A stretch of DNA of 64,000 nt from Chloroflexota bacterium. Its GTDB lineage: Bacteria > Chloroflexota > UBA11872 > JBHOQS01. The position numbers and the translations under genes were made by a program. The notes below the pieces were generated by a model. The model was not told where the DNA came from, did not search any database, and worked only from the letters and a program-made list of their open reading frames with translations. The stretch is from the NCBI GenBank assembly GCA_042408875.1, contig JBHOQS010000022.1, positions 368,424-432,423 of the forward strand, read 5' to 3'. Within the stretch, counting starts at the first letter, position 1, and every line of letters starts with the position of its first letter. Below are positions 9,666-19,692 of this stretch, piece by piece.

Positions 9666-11759
9666 CTACCCGGCCTTCGCCGCGGCCTCCTTCTCCCTCT
9701 TGGCCTGCTCGATGAGTTGCTGCTGGATATGCGGCGGTACCTCTTCGTAGTGGGAGAAGGTCATGGTGAAGGTGCCGCGGCCCTGCGTGATCGAGCGCAG
9801 GTCAGTGGCGTAGCGCAGCACCTCAGCCATCGGGGCCTCGGCGTGGATGACCGTCGTGCCATCACCCTGCGGCTCCATGCCCAGCACGCGGCCGCGCTTC
9901 GCCGTGAGGTCCCCAATGATGTCGCCGGTGTACTGATCCGGCGCGGTGATGTCGAGCTTCATGATCGGCTCGAGGATCACCGGATCGGCCTCAGCGACAG
10001 CGGCCTTAAAGCCTATTGACGCGGCGATCTTGAACGCCATCTCGGACGAGTCGACCGGATGGTACGAACCGTCGTCCAAGGTGACTTTAATATCGACCAT
10101 CGGGTAGCCGGCCAGGAAGCCCTCCGCCATAGCTTCTTGGACGCCTTTATCCACCGCCGGCCGGTATTGCTGCGGGACCACGCCGCCGACGATCTCGTCC
10201 ACGAACTGGTAGCCGGCCCCGCGCGGCAGCGGCTCGATACGCAGCCAGGTATCGCCGTACTGGCCGCGGCCGCCGGTTTGCCGCTTGAAACGGCCCTGCT
10301 TGCGCGCCTTGCCACGGATGGTCTCCCGATATGGCACCTTCGGCAGCTCGACAGTCACATCGGCGCCGAACTTGCGCTTCATGCGCTCGGCCATGATCTC
10401 GATGTGCGCCTCGCCCAGGCCAGAGACAATCGTCTGGCCGGTATCGGGGTCGCGGTGCACGTGAATGGTGGGATCCTCCTCTTGCATGCGCGCCAGGGCC
10501 GGGCCAAGCCGGTCAAGGTCAGCCTTCGTCTTTGGCTCGATCGCGGCAGAGAATACCGGAGGCGGGAACTTGATCGGGGGCAGCAGCAGCGGCTGCTCGC
10601 GCGAGCAAAGCGTGTCGCCGGTGAGCGTCTCGGCGAGCTTCGCCACCGCCCCGATGTCGCCGGCGGTTACCTGCGGCGCCGGCTCCTGGGTCTTGCCGCG
10701 CACGATGAAGAGCTGGCCGATACGCTCGTCCTTCTGCCGTGTGGCGTTCCAGACATGCATATCGGAGCGCAGCGTCCCGGAGTACACCCGGAAGTACGTG
10801 AGCTTGCCCACGAAGGGGTCGGCCAGCGTCTTGAACACCAGTACAGCGAGCGGGCCCTGCTCCGAGGCTTGCAGCTTCGACGTTTTTCCGGTCGCAGGAT
10901 CGATCACCTCGATCTCGGCGCGCTCGGCCGGGGAAGGCAGGTACTCGACGATGGCGTCGAGGAGCGGCTGCACCCCGCGGTTCGCCGTCGCCGCGCCACA
11001 CAGCACGGGCACCAGCGTGCCGCTGCGCACGCCGGCGTGGAGCGCGGCGCGGATCTCTTCGTCGGTGAATTCCTCCCCCTCCAGATACTTGGTCATCAGG
11101 TCGTCGTCAACCTCGGCCACGCCCTCGATCAAGCGCTCGCGGTAGGTCGCCACCATATCCTCCAGATCACCGGGGATCGGCTCGGCCGTCATCTTGCCGT
11201 CGTCGAAGACATAGGCCCGCCGGGCAACGAGGTCAACGACCCCGCGGAAACTCTGCGCCTGACCGATCGGAAGCTGAATTGGCACCACCTTCGAGCCGAA
11301 GTGCTCGCGTAGCGAGTCGGCCGCCTTAACGAAGTCGGCGTTCTCGCGGTCCATACGGTTGACGAAAACCAGGCGCGGCAGGCTCTGCTCGTCGGCATAC
11401 TTCCAGGTTTGCTCCGTGCCGACCTGGACGCCCGCCACAGCATCGACCACCACGATGGCGGCGTCAGCGACGCGAATGCCCTCGATGGCTTCGCCGACGA
11501 AGTCGGCATAGCCCGGCGTGTCAATGATATTGATCTTGGTCTCCCGCCATTCGATCGGGGCGATGGCAAGGTTGACCGACATGCGACGTTTGATCTCGTC
11601 CGGATCGAAGTCGAGGGTGGAGGTGCCGTCATCCACTCGACCCAAGCGGCTAATCGCACCGGCATCGAACAGCATCGCCTCAGCAAGCGATGTCTTGCCC
11701 GCCCCGCCGTGGGAGATGAGTACGACGTTACGCACCTTATCCATCTTGTACGACTTCAT
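9666..11759 (-). CDS. Elongation factor G family GTPase (EF-G paralog, not in a str operon context)
   Basis: G1 motif HGGAGKTSLAEAM, DTPGYADF, NRMDR, and EF-G domains II-V. ATG at 11759 is preceded by GGAGGA. The N-terminal extension to 11852 in the ORF track is rejected. Confidence 0.85.
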   Translation of the reverse strand: MKSYKMDKVRNVVLISHGGAGKTSLAEAMLFDAGAISRLGRVDDGTSTLDFDPDEIKRRMSVNLAIAPIEWRETKINIIDTPGYADFVGEAIEGIRVADAAIVVVDAVAGVQVGTEQTWKYADEQSLPRLVFVNRMDRENADFVKAADSLREHFGSKVVPIQLPIGQAQSFRGVVDLVARRAYVFDDGKMTAEPIPGDLEDMVATYRERLIEGVAEVDDDLMTKYLEGEEFTDEEIRAALHAGVRSGTLVPVLCGAATANRGVQPLLDAIVEYLPSPAERAEIEVIDPATGKTSKLQASEQGPLAVLVFKTLADPFVGKLTYFRVYSGTLRSDMHVWNATRQKDERIGQLFIVRGKTQEPAPQVTAGDIGAVAKLAETLTGDTLCSREQPLLLPPIKFPPPVFSAAIEPKTKADLDRLGPALARMQEEDPTIHVHRDPDTGQTIVSGLGEAHIEIMAERMKRKFGADVTVELPKVPYRETIRGKARKQGRFKRQTGGRGQYGDTWLRIEPLPRGAGYQFVDEIVGGVVPQQYRPAVDKGVQEAMAEGFLAGYPMVDIKVTLDDGSYHPVDSSEMAFKIAASIGFKAAVAEADPVILEPIMKLDITAPDQYTGDIIGDLTAKRGRVLGMEPQGDGTTVIHAEAPMAEVLRYATDLRSITQGRGTFTMTFSHYEEVPPHIQQQLIEQAKREKEAAAKAG

Positions 11760-11926
11760 GCGTTCCTCCAGCAGTGTTGAGAGACCGTGCAGGCTCGGGG
11801 CTGTGCAGCGTAGAGGCGTTTGCCCTGCCGGGTTCGTCAAATTATACAGCACGGGCGAAGGTACCTGGAAGGCACGCTCCGGCCTCGCGCCCTAGCGGTC
11901 TGGCAGTCACAGCTCAGTAGTAGGGC

Positions 11927-13072
11927 TCAGTAGCAGGGCGGGATGGTGCGAGTGCTCACCGGCTGTGGCCGGTAGCGGTATCGGGCGTCCTCGAGCACCT
12001 CCAGGTGTAGGTCAGTGCCGATCCCCGGCTCAGAAGGCAGCTCGAAGGATCCATCTACCAGGCGCGCTGGATGGGTGGAGACTGCATCGCGCAGCTCTCG
12101 CTCGTACTCGATCTCTTCTAGGATCAGGAAGTTCGGGATGGCAGCGCATAGGTGAATGGACATCAGCGTAGCGATAGGACCGCTGGAGTTATGCGGCGCT
12201 ACAGGGACGTAGTAGGTGTCCGCCAGCGCGGCGATCTTCCGCACCTCAGTAATGCCGGCGGCGTGGATGAGGTCGGGCTGGATAATGTGAGCACCCTGGG
12301 CCTCGAGTAGCTCGCGAAACTCCCAGCGGGTGAGCAGACGTTCGCCGGTGGCGATGGGCACAGGTAGCTCGGCGCGCAGCTTCGCCATCACCGCTGGGTT
12401 CTCATACGGGACTGGCTCCTCGAACCAGTACGGCCGGTACGACTCCAGCGCCTTCGCAGCTAGCACCGCCTGGCGCGGTGTGAAGTACTCAGCGCACTCG
12501 ATCATGATGTCCACCTCGGGCCCGGCCGTCTCCCGCACGAGGGCCATCACTTCACGCGCTCGTGCCAGGGCCCGGGCTTCGTTCTCCCGCAGCGCCTGGG
12601 GATCGAAAGGACTGAACTTGAAGGCCGTGAAGCCACGACGCAGAGCCTCCCTGACCTCAACGACGATCTGGTCGTTGGTCTTGGTAGGGAGGCGGTAGAG
12701 CCAGTGGCTGGCGTAGGCGCGCACCTGCTGCCGCAACGGGCCGCCCAGCAGGCGGTAGACCGGTACGCCGAGGCGCTTGCCTTCGATGTCCCAGAGGGCA
12801 CACTCGAGGCCAGCGATGGCCGTATTGAGCACCGGCCCACCGCGCCAGCGCCAGGCGTGGTACATCCCATACCAGTGCGCCTCCACTCCAGCGGGGTCCT
12901 TGCCTATAAGGTAGCGCCCTAGCTCTTGAATAGCGATTTCTACCGCTTCGAGGCTGCCGTGGAGCGATGCCTCCCCCCAGCCGTACAACCCCTCATCGGT
13001 GGAGACTTTAATAAACATCCAGTTACGCCAATCGACCCAGTACTTGAATGTCTCGATGCTCGTGATCTTCAT
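11927..13072 (-). CDS. Enolase-superfamily (mandelate racemase/muconate lactonizing enzyme) acid-sugar dehydratase
   Basis: MKITSIETFKY... N-terminal capping domain and MR/MLE barrel with conserved metal-ligand pattern. Start chosen at MKIT (13072). An alternative ATG is at 13114. Confidence 0.8.
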   Translation of the reverse strand: MKITSIETFKYWVDWRNWMFIKVSTDEGLYGWGEASLHGSLEAVEIAIQELGRYLIGKDPAGVEAHWYGMYHAWRWRGGPVLNTAIAGLECALWDIEGKRLGVPVYRLLGGPLRQQVRAYASHWLYRLPTKTNDQIVVEVREALRRGFTAFKFSPFDPQALRENEARALARAREVMALVRETAGPEVDIMIECAEYFTPRQAVLAAKALESYRPYWFEEPVPYENPAVMAKLRAELPVPIATGERLLTRWEFRELLEAQGAHIIQPDLIHAAGITEVRKIAALADTYYVPVAPHNSSGPIATLMSIHLCAAIPNFLILEEIEYERELRDAVSTHPARLVDGSFELPSEPGIGTDLHLEVLEDARYRYRPQPVSTRTIPPCY

Positions 13073-13203
13073 CGCGGTAGTGCTTCTTCTCTTCTCGCTA
13101 TGCCACTTCTTCATGCTTCCTTTGCCAGTGCTCGGCCGGACACCAACTGGCAACCCGCCGCGGGTCCGCGTTCACGGCACGGTGGTTGCCCGCTCGTCGC
13201 CAC

Positions 13204-14025
13204 CTACTCTGCTGCGGCAAGCACCCGTTGGATGATCTCCACAACGCCATCCTCGTGCACCGGGGGGACGACGAGATGCGCCGCGGCCTGCACATCAGGC
13301 GGGGCGTTGCCCATAGCCACGGCGAGGCCGCTCTTCTCAAACATAGCGATATCCACGATGCCATCGCCGACGGCAACCACACGCTCGCGGGGGATGCCCA
13401 GATGGGCGGCCAGCGCCTCCAGCGCGTCGCCCTTTGAAGCGCCCGGCGCAGTGACATTGAAAAACGTCAGCTCCGGGCGCTCGCGAGTGGTCGCCTCCCC
13501 GATGACGATGCCGTCCTGCCCCGCCAGTAGCCTGCGTACGCGCGCTCGTTCCTCCAGGCTCTCGCTGATCACCAGCAGCTTCGTCACCGGGCCGGAGGCA
13601 ATCACCTCATCCAGGTTGGTCTCTCTCGCTTCGATGCCCAGGAGCCCTTCGTGCCAGCGGGCCAGGGCGGTGCGGCGCTCGACGGCGTGGCCGGCAGGTG
13701 TATATACCTCGATGTAAATGCCTGTGGCGCGACAGGCCGCGACCACCTGTCGGGCGGTCTCGGGCGGCACCGCGCGGTGCCACACTGGCGCGGGCTCGAT
13801 GGGGATGCGCACCTCAGCGCCGCCGCAGAAGGCGTGCGGGGTGGTCAGCCCGAGAGGCGGCAGGAATGGCCGGCAGCCGTTGCAGGGGCGTCCGGTATTG
13901 AGCGCCAGCACGACCCCGGCAGCGCGGGCGCGCTCCAGCGCCGCCAGCACCCGCGGGCTGTAGGCACGCTCGGCACCCACCAGCGTGCCATCGAGGTCGA
14001 AGGCGATCAGGTCGTAGCGCCTCAT
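13204..14025 (-). CDS. HAD-IIB (Cof-type) sugar-phosphate phosphatase
   Basis: Motif I FDLDGTL at the N-terminus, VGDGIVDIAMF motif near the C-terminus. Confidence 0.75.
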   Translation of the reverse strand: MRRYDLIAFDLDGTLVGAERAYSPRVLAALERARAAGVVLALNTGRPCNGCRPFLPPLGLTTPHAFCGGAEVRIPIEPAPVWHRAVPPETARQVVAACRATGIYIEVYTPAGHAVERRTALARWHEGLLGIEARETNLDEVIASGPVTKLLVISESLEERARVRRLLAGQDGIVIGEATTRERPELTFFNVTAPGASKGDALEALAAHLGIPRERVVAVGDGIVDIAMFEKSGLAVAMGNAPPDVQAAAHLVVPPVHEDGVVEIIQRVLAAAE

Positions 14026-14918
14026 GGCGGCGAGCTCGCCGAACGTGATGGTGAACCCAAAGAAGCACCCCGCTGGCGATCCAGGGCGGCCTTGCGCTGC
14101 TCGAGCTGCGCCACTACATCAGGCGGCACATAGACGGAGCCGAGGTCGGCGCCCTCTTTGAGCGCCAGCCCGTGGAAGTCGCTGCCGCCAGTGGAGAGCA
14201 GCCCGTGGCGCTGCGCCAGTATGAGCAGGTGTACCACAGTCTCCTGGTCATAACCGGCGTAGTAGCACTCCAGTCCGGCCAGGCCTGCGCCAGCCAGCTC
14301 TGCCACCAGCGCCTCGTAGTCGGGGCTGAACGTCGGGTGCGCTAGCACCGGCACGCCACCAGCCTGGCGGATCAGCGCCACGGCTTCGGCCGGGGTGAGC
14401 TTGGTGCGCTCGACATATGCCGGCCCACCATGGCCGATGTACTTTTCGAAGGCTTCAGCAGGCGTCGCCACGTAGCCCTGCTCGACCAGCGCCTGAGCGA
14501 TGTGGGGGCGGCCGATAGCGCCGCCCTGGGCCAGCTCCAGCACCCGCTCCCACGAAATATGCAGACCCAGAGCGGCCAGTTTCTCCACCATCAGCCGAGC
14601 GCGCGCCTCGCGCCCGCTGCGCTGGAGACTAAGCTGTCGTTGCAGGGCCTCGTTTGCAGTATCGATGAAGTAGCCCAGCACGTGCACCTCGCCCGCCGGC
14701 ACGTCGGTGTTGATCTCCACGCCGGGGATCACCCGCAGCGGCGTGCCGGCCGCGGCCTCAAGCGCCTCGGGGATCCCCTCGGTTGAATCGTGGTCGGTGA
14801 TGCCCAGCACTATCAGGCCGCGTTCGAGTGCAAGCTTGACCAGCTCGGCGGGGCGCAGCGTGCCATCGGAGGCGGTGGTATGGGCGTGTAGATCGACCTT
14901 GCTCACTGCCGGTTGCAT
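14022..14918 (-). CDS. PHP-domain metal-dependent phosphoesterase (TrpH/YciV-like)
   Basis: VDLHAHTTASDG...ITDHDS motifs. 4-nt overlap with the downstream HAD gene. Confidence 0.75.
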   Translation of the reverse strand: MQPAVSKVDLHAHTTASDGTLRPAELVKLALERGLIVLGITDHDSTEGIPEALEAAAGTPLRVIPGVEINTDVPAGEVHVLGYFIDTANEALQRQLSLQRSGREARARLMVEKLAALGLHISWERVLELAQGGAIGRPHIAQALVEQGYVATPAEAFEKYIGHGGPAYVERTKLTPAEAVALIRQAGGVPVLAHPTFSPDYEALVAELAGAGLAGLECYYAGYDQETVVHLLILAQRHGLLSTGGSDFHGLALKEGADLGSVYVPPDVVAQLEQRKAALDRQRGASLGSPSRSASSPP

Positions 14919-15007
14919 TGCAGCCGGTATTGTGCCATAGCACAGGCTTACACCGCCACCCGGCCCGATGATGTGCCGTGCAGAGGCTTGAGCAAGGTGC
15001 TCATCTG

Positions 15008-15024
15008 TGTATTACAATGTAACA
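15008..15024. promoter_or_regulatory. Candidate operator palindrome GTATTACAATGTAACAG upstream of the orphan SBP gene
   Basis: Perfect inverted repeat TTACA-a-TGTAA about 200 bp upstream of the 15223 start. Confidence 0.3.
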
Positions 15025-15222
15025 GCGAGTGCCGGATAGCCGGTGCAGCCGACAAGGCGGGTCGGGGACGAGTGCGCTGCAGGATGGTGCCTCCGGCTAT
15101 GTCCGGTACTCCGGTACACTGGTACGGGTGACCGCTCCTGCCCGAGCAGGATCCTGGCGGTCCGCTCGCGTCACACCAGAGCCGCGTGGCAAGCGCTGGC
15201 GAGCATGAAGTAGGAGGGAATA

Positions 15223-16557
15223 ATGCCGGGTGTCCGTTTGAGCAAGCGTATGCTGCTGTCACAATGCGCCACGGTCGTTCTGGTAGCTGCCTGTGCTCCA
15301 GGAGCCCGTCAGGGCGGCGGCGCTGCACCATCGCCGGAGAAGGTCTCCGGTACCATCGAGTTCTGGTATCCAACTGATCCGCAGGGGGTGTCTGGCCAGG
15401 CCGTGCTGGAGCTGGTGAGCCGCTTTCAGCAGAAGTACCCCAAGATCACCGTCAACGGCACCTATACCCCGACCGGCGGCCAGCAACCGATGCTTGACAA
15501 GCTGACGGCAGCGATCGCCGGTGGCACTCCACCTGACATCGTGGACTTCGACCGCTTTCAGGTTCCGGCCTGGGCGGCGCAGGGCGCTTTTAACGACCTC
15601 ACCGACCTGGCCAAGCGGGATGGCATCAAAGAGAGCGATTACTTCCCCTTCGCCTGGCGCGAGGCCAGCTATCGCGGTCGGCTGTACGCCCTGCCGTGGG
15701 ACACCGATGCCCGCGCGCTCTACGCCAACACCACTGCCCTGGCAGACGCCGGCCTTGATCCGAAGAAGCGCCCGATGTCCTTTCCTGAGCTTGATACTAT
15801 GACCGAGCGGCTGGCACGCACCGCTGAGGGGCGGATCACCCGCTTCGGGCTGATCCCCTGGCGCGGGCAGGGACGCATCACCCTGTGGGGCTGGGCCTTT
15901 GGAGGTGAGTGGTACGACGAAAAGGAAGATAAAGTCACAGCAACCGACCCGAAGATCATCGCTGCGGCGGAGTGGATGGCAAGCTACGCGCGCCGCTGGG
16001 GCTATGATGCTCTGACGGCGTTCCAGCAGGGGCTGGGCAGCCGCGAGAGCGATCCGTTCCTCACCGGCCAGATTGCTCTCCTGGCCGATGGGGACTGGCG
16101 GATGGCAGACTTCGCCCGCTACGGCCCGAACGTAGCGTACGATGTGTGGCCCTTCCCTACTGCCGACGGCAAGCCCTTCACCTGGGCCGGTGGCTGGAGC
16201 TATGTTATCCCCATGGGCGCCAAGAACGTGCCGGCTGCCTGGGAGATGGCCAAGTATTTCTGTGGGAAGGAAGGCCAGGACTACTACAACAAGGCCACCG
16301 CACATATCCCTACGCACGTGGAGGCGGCCAAGGATCCCTTCTACCGGCAGGATCCCCGCCACGCGGTCTTCATGGACCTGATGCCGTACGCGCGCAGCCG
16401 CCCGCCCATCCCAGAGGGGCTGCTCCTCTGGCAGGAGCAGGCGCGGGCGCAGACAGACATCATCCAGCTCAAGCGCACACCGCGCGAGGCCCTGGAGGAG
16501 CTTAACCGCGTCGTGAATCTGGAGATCGAGAAGCGCAAAGCCGCAGAAAAGAAATAG
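15223..16557 (+). CDS. ABC transporter substrate-binding lipoprotein (carbohydrate type, family 1); no adjacent permease genes
   Basis: Lipobox LVAACAPG. SBP-family-1 similarity throughout. RBS AGGAGGG. Confidence 0.8.
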   Translation: MPGVRLSKRMLLSQCATVVLVAACAPGARQGGGAAPSPEKVSGTIEFWYPTDPQGVSGQAVLELVSRFQQKYPKITVNGTYTPTGGQQPMLDKLTAAIAGGTPPDIVDFDRFQVPAWAAQGAFNDLTDLAKRDGIKESDYFPFAWREASYRGRLYALPWDTDARALYANTTALADAGLDPKKRPMSFPELDTMTERLARTAEGRITRFGLIPWRGQGRITLWGWAFGGEWYDEKEDKVTATDPKIIAAAEWMASYARRWGYDALTAFQQGLGSRESDPFLTGQIALLADGDWRMADFARYGPNVAYDVWPFPTADGKPFTWAGGWSYVIPMGAKNVPAAWEMAKYFCGKEGQDYYNKATAHIPTHVEAAKDPFYRQDPRHAVFMDLMPYARSRPPIPEGLLLWQEQARAQTDIIQLKRTPREALEELNRVVNLEIEKRKAAEKK

Positions 16558-16602
16558 CGGGGCTCACAGGGCCTCGGTATTCCCGACCAGGACGCGTGCC
16601 AG

Positions 16603-17190
16603 ATGTCCCGCTCACGCGTGCTGCACTTCTACACGACGCTGCTGGAGCGGTATGGTGCCACGCCGCAGGGGCTGGGGTGGCCCGACGCCGAGGACCAGCA
16701 GTATCGCTTCCGGCTCTTGCTCGAGCATATTGAGCGGGAGGGCACGCTCCTGGACTGGGGCTGTGGCTTCGGCGACCTCAGCGTGCACTGGCCGGGCGAG
16801 TACATCGGCTATGACTGGCATCCACAGATACAGGCCATTGCGCGGCGGCGCTACCCCCGGGCCCGCATCGTGGACCGCCCGGAGCCGGCCGACTGGGTGG
16901 TGGCTTGTGGGGTGTTCAACCTGCGCGCTGGCGAGAAGTTCACGCGTCCTACGCTGCGAGAGATGTGGGCGCTGTGCCGCCGCGGCATCGCCTTCAACAT
17001 GCTCTCGGCAAAGTGCAGCCACCAGCACCGGACGTACCTGTACCACGACCCCGACGACATGCTGGCCTTCTGCCGCCGCGCTATGTCCCCCCACGCCGAG
17101 CTCTACGAAGACGCTCGCTTGGACGAGTTCATCATCGTGGTGCGCCGCACTCCCCTGGCTGCGAGACAGCCCAAGGCCGAGTGCACCTAG
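16603..17190 (+). CDS. Small class I SAM-dependent methyltransferase (putative)
   Basis: Motif I-like LLDWGCGFGDL. Confidence 0.5.
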   Translation: MSRSRVLHFYTTLLERYGATPQGLGWPDAEDQQYRFRLLLEHIEREGTLLDWGCGFGDLSVHWPGEYIGYDWHPQIQAIARRRYPRARIVDRPEPADWVVACGVFNLRAGEKFTRPTLREMWALCRRGIAFNMLSAKCSHQHRTYLYHDPDDMLAFCRRAMSPHAELYEDARLDEFIIVVRRTPLAARQPKAECT

Positions 17191-17918
17191 CTGCCGGCAG
17201 CACCTTCGATCTCTGCGGCATACTCCTCGGCGTTGTCCTCGGGCTGGTAGCCGAGCAGCTCCTGCGCGCTGGAGATATCCCAGTAGCGGCGGGTGTTGCC
17301 CGAGATGCAGTACACGATGGCGAAGCGTATAGGCGATTCAAGCGCCCGCCAGCAGAGCTGTGCCGTATCGCGCGGGCTAGACCACGTCGAGAGCGCCCGC
17401 ACGCTGGTGGGCCTTGGCAGGAACGAGCCAATGCGCAGGCAGATAATCGAGATACCGAAGGCATCCGAGTAGTAACGTCCCAGCGCCTCACCGAACGCCT
17501 TGCTCACACCATAGTAGCTGTCCGGCCGCACCGGCAGATCGGGCGTGGTGTACACCTTCTCGATCTCGTACCAGCCGGTAACGTGATTGGTCGAGGCAAA
17601 TACGATCTTCGGCACGTTGTTCAGCCGGGCGGCCTCGAAGACGTTATACGTGCCGATGATGTTGGCGTTCAGCACCTGCTCCCAAGTCGCGCGGCCGCTC
17701 GGGTTCGCCGCCATGTGAATAATGGCGTCCACGTCCTCGCAGGCTTTCTTCACCGCTTCCAGGTCCTCCAGGTTGCAGACGATGACCTCGTCGTCGCCCT
17801 GCGCTGGCAGGACCGTATGGTGGTACATCAGCCGCAGCGCATAGCGATCGGGGAAGCGCTCGCGAAAGTAGTCGGCCACGAACTTGCCGATGCGCCCGGC
17901 CGCGCCGGTGATCAACAC
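17187..17918 (-). CDS. udh: Uronate dehydrogenase-like NAD-dependent epimerase/dehydratase-fold enzyme
   Basis: Rossmann motif KKVLITGAAGRIGK. Segments align to characterised Udh (NIIGTYNVFEAARLNNVPKIVFASTNHVTGWY, PDSYYGVSKAFGEALGRYY, ICLRIGS, STWSS). Start is uncertain: GTG at 17918, while the track ORF extends to a TTG at 18059. Confidence 0.65.
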   Translation of the reverse strand: MLITGAAGRIGKFVADYFRERFPDRYALRLMYHHTVLPAQGDDEVIVCNLEDLEAVKKACEDVDAIIHMAANPSGRATWEQVLNANIIGTYNVFEAARLNNVPKIVFASTNHVTGWYEIEKVYTTPDLPVRPDSYYGVSKAFGEALGRYYSDAFGISIICLRIGSFLPRPTSVRALSTWSSPRDTAQLCWRALESPIRFAIVYCISGNTRRYWDISSAQELLGYQPEDNAEEYAAEIEGAAGS

Positions 17919-18119
17919 CTTCTTGCGCTGCGCGCTCTGCAGATGAAGCGATGATGCATTTGTCTGGGTCAAGGCTTGCCTCACCAGGGAGTAGTTATCG
18001 GCACGCCCCCGGCGTGCCACGTACGGGGGAGTATACGAGCCGCACGGCAGGCCGGTCAACCATCTCGTCTTCGTTACCTTGCTCTTCGAGCAGCTCTCTC
18101 CTCGCGGTAGAGATGACGG

Positions 18120-18258
18120 TCAACGGATTTGGAGAACGAATTAACGAATTAAACGGATGGTTTCGCCTCCGGCAATGGGTTCGCCGGAAGCGGACGCGTC
18201 ATCGCCGGGAGGGGTCCTGTTCTTGAGCATCCGTGCAACTGTGCCCGAAATCCGTTGA
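18120..18258. promoter_or_regulatory. Divergent promoter region with repeated AACGGAT motifs (two direct, one or two inverted)
   Basis: aacggattt (18122), aaacggatgg (18151), aaatccgtt (18249) and catccgtg (18228), between udh and the MR-family gene. Confidence 0.3.
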
Positions 18259-18402
18259 TCGCTTCCCCGTTCACACCGCCGCACTGGCTGCTACGCCTCA
18301 TGGTATGATGCCTGCGCCGGGCCGCGCGGTCCGATCCTGGGCCAGTTTGCTAGAGCGGGCGCAGGCACGGCCAGCATCACTCTCGACTGGAGGCACGCAG
18401 GC

Positions 18403-19542
18403 GTGAAGATCGTAGACGTCGTCATCGAACGGTTCCGCTACAAGTCGCGCATCGTCCGTGACGCAGAAGGGCACGCCCATCCCGGCCCTGAGCACGATGC
18501 GGTGCAGAGCTTGCTCCGCATCGTTACCGACGAGGGGGTGGAGGGCTACTACTTCGGCGCTGGCAACGCGGAAGCAATCCAGCATATCGTCAAGCCGGCG
18601 CTGATCGGCGAAGACCCCTTCTACCGCGAGAAGATCTGGCAGCGGCTCAAGGAGTGGCAGCGGCTGCACATCGGCGTGCTGTCCGACCGCGTGCTCGGCG
18701 CCGTGGATATGGCCCTGTGGGACCTCGCCGGGCGCTATCTCAACCAGCCGGTGTACAAGCTGCTCGGCGGCTATCGCGACAAGGTCAAGGCCTATGCCAG
18801 CACAATGTGCGGGGATGAGCTTGAGGGTGGTCTGAATACACCGGAAGCCTACGCCAACTTCGCTGAGCAGTGCAAACGTCGCGGCTACACTGCCTTTAAG
18901 CTGCACACCTGGATGCCACCCATTCCCTGGGCACCTGATCCGAAGAAAGACGTCGCAGCCTGTCGGGCGGTGCGCGAGCGCGTGGGCGATGACATGGTGT
19001 TGATGCTCGACTGTTACCATAACTATTCACGTGAAGAGGCGCTCTACATCGGCCGCGAGCTGGAGAAGCTGAACTTCTTTTGGATCGAGGAACCGATGGA
19101 CGAGCACAGCATCTCGTCGTATGTGTGGCTCACCCAGCAGCTTGACATCCCGGTGGTGGGGCCAGAGACGGCGGAGGGCAAGATGTACACCCGTGCTGAA
19201 TGGATCGTGCGCGGGGCGTCGGACATTAGCCGCGGCGGTGTAATGGATGTGGGTGGCATCACGCCCTTGATGAAGATCGCCCACCTGTGCGAGTCATTCG
19301 GCGTACGGATGGAGGTGCACGGTGGTGGGCCGGGCAATCTCCACGTCCTATGCGCCATGGGTATCCCCGGCGAGTACTACGAGCGTGGGCTGCTGCATCC
19401 CTTCCTCGATTATGAAAGCCAGACTCCGTGGCTGAACGAGATCGTGGACCCCATGGACAGCGAGGGATACGTCCACGTCTCGCAAAGACCCGGCCTAGGC
19501 TGGGATATCAACTGGGACTACATTCGCGAGCACCGGGTGTAG
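18403..19542 (+). CDS. Enolase-superfamily (MR/MLE) enzyme, candidate lactone cycloisomerase or dehydratase paired with udh
   Basis: MKIVDVVIERF...LWDLAGRYLNQPVYKLLGG... MR barrel motifs. Confidence 0.8.
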   Translation: MKIVDVVIERFRYKSRIVRDAEGHAHPGPEHDAVQSLLRIVTDEGVEGYYFGAGNAEAIQHIVKPALIGEDPFYREKIWQRLKEWQRLHIGVLSDRVLGAVDMALWDLAGRYLNQPVYKLLGGYRDKVKAYASTMCGDELEGGLNTPEAYANFAEQCKRRGYTAFKLHTWMPPIPWAPDPKKDVAACRAVRERVGDDMVLMLDCYHNYSREEALYIGRELEKLNFFWIEEPMDEHSISSYVWLTQQLDIPVVGPETAEGKMYTRAEWIVRGASDISRGGVMDVGGITPLMKIAHLCESFGVRMEVHGGGPGNLHVLCAMGIPGEYYERGLLHPFLDYESQTPWLNEIVDPMDSEGYVHVSQRPGLGWDINWDYIREHRV

Positions 19543-19646
19543 ACAGACCCAGCCCCGCGGCGTGGGCCGCAGGGCTGGCCGGGCTCCCAGCAGGCAGCGC
19601 TCAAGCCACCCGACCGAGCGTGCTCTCGCCCCAGCTCGCTGTGACG

Positions 19647-19676
19647 CCCCCCCTCCCGCAGCGCGGGAGAGGGGGG
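19647..19676. repeat. GC-rich hairpin (CTCCCGC-agc-GCGGGAG core) between convergent genes; same motif family as the 46293-46448 hairpins
   Basis: Inverted repeat seen directly in the sequence. No U-tract. Confidence 0.5.
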
Positions 19677-19692
19677 AGGTGGTGAAGGCCCG

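Noticed and set aside
10059-11312. 417-aa plus-strand ORF
   Set aside because: Antisense to the well-supported EF-G gene.
15259-16362. 367-aa minus-strand ORF
   Set aside because: Antisense to the SBP gene.
16652-17954. 226-aa and 349-aa plus-strand ORFs
   Set aside because: Out-of-frame or antisense overlaps of the methyltransferase and udh genes, with no motifs.
18298-19020. 240-aa minus-strand ORF
   Set aside because: Antisense to the MR-family gene.
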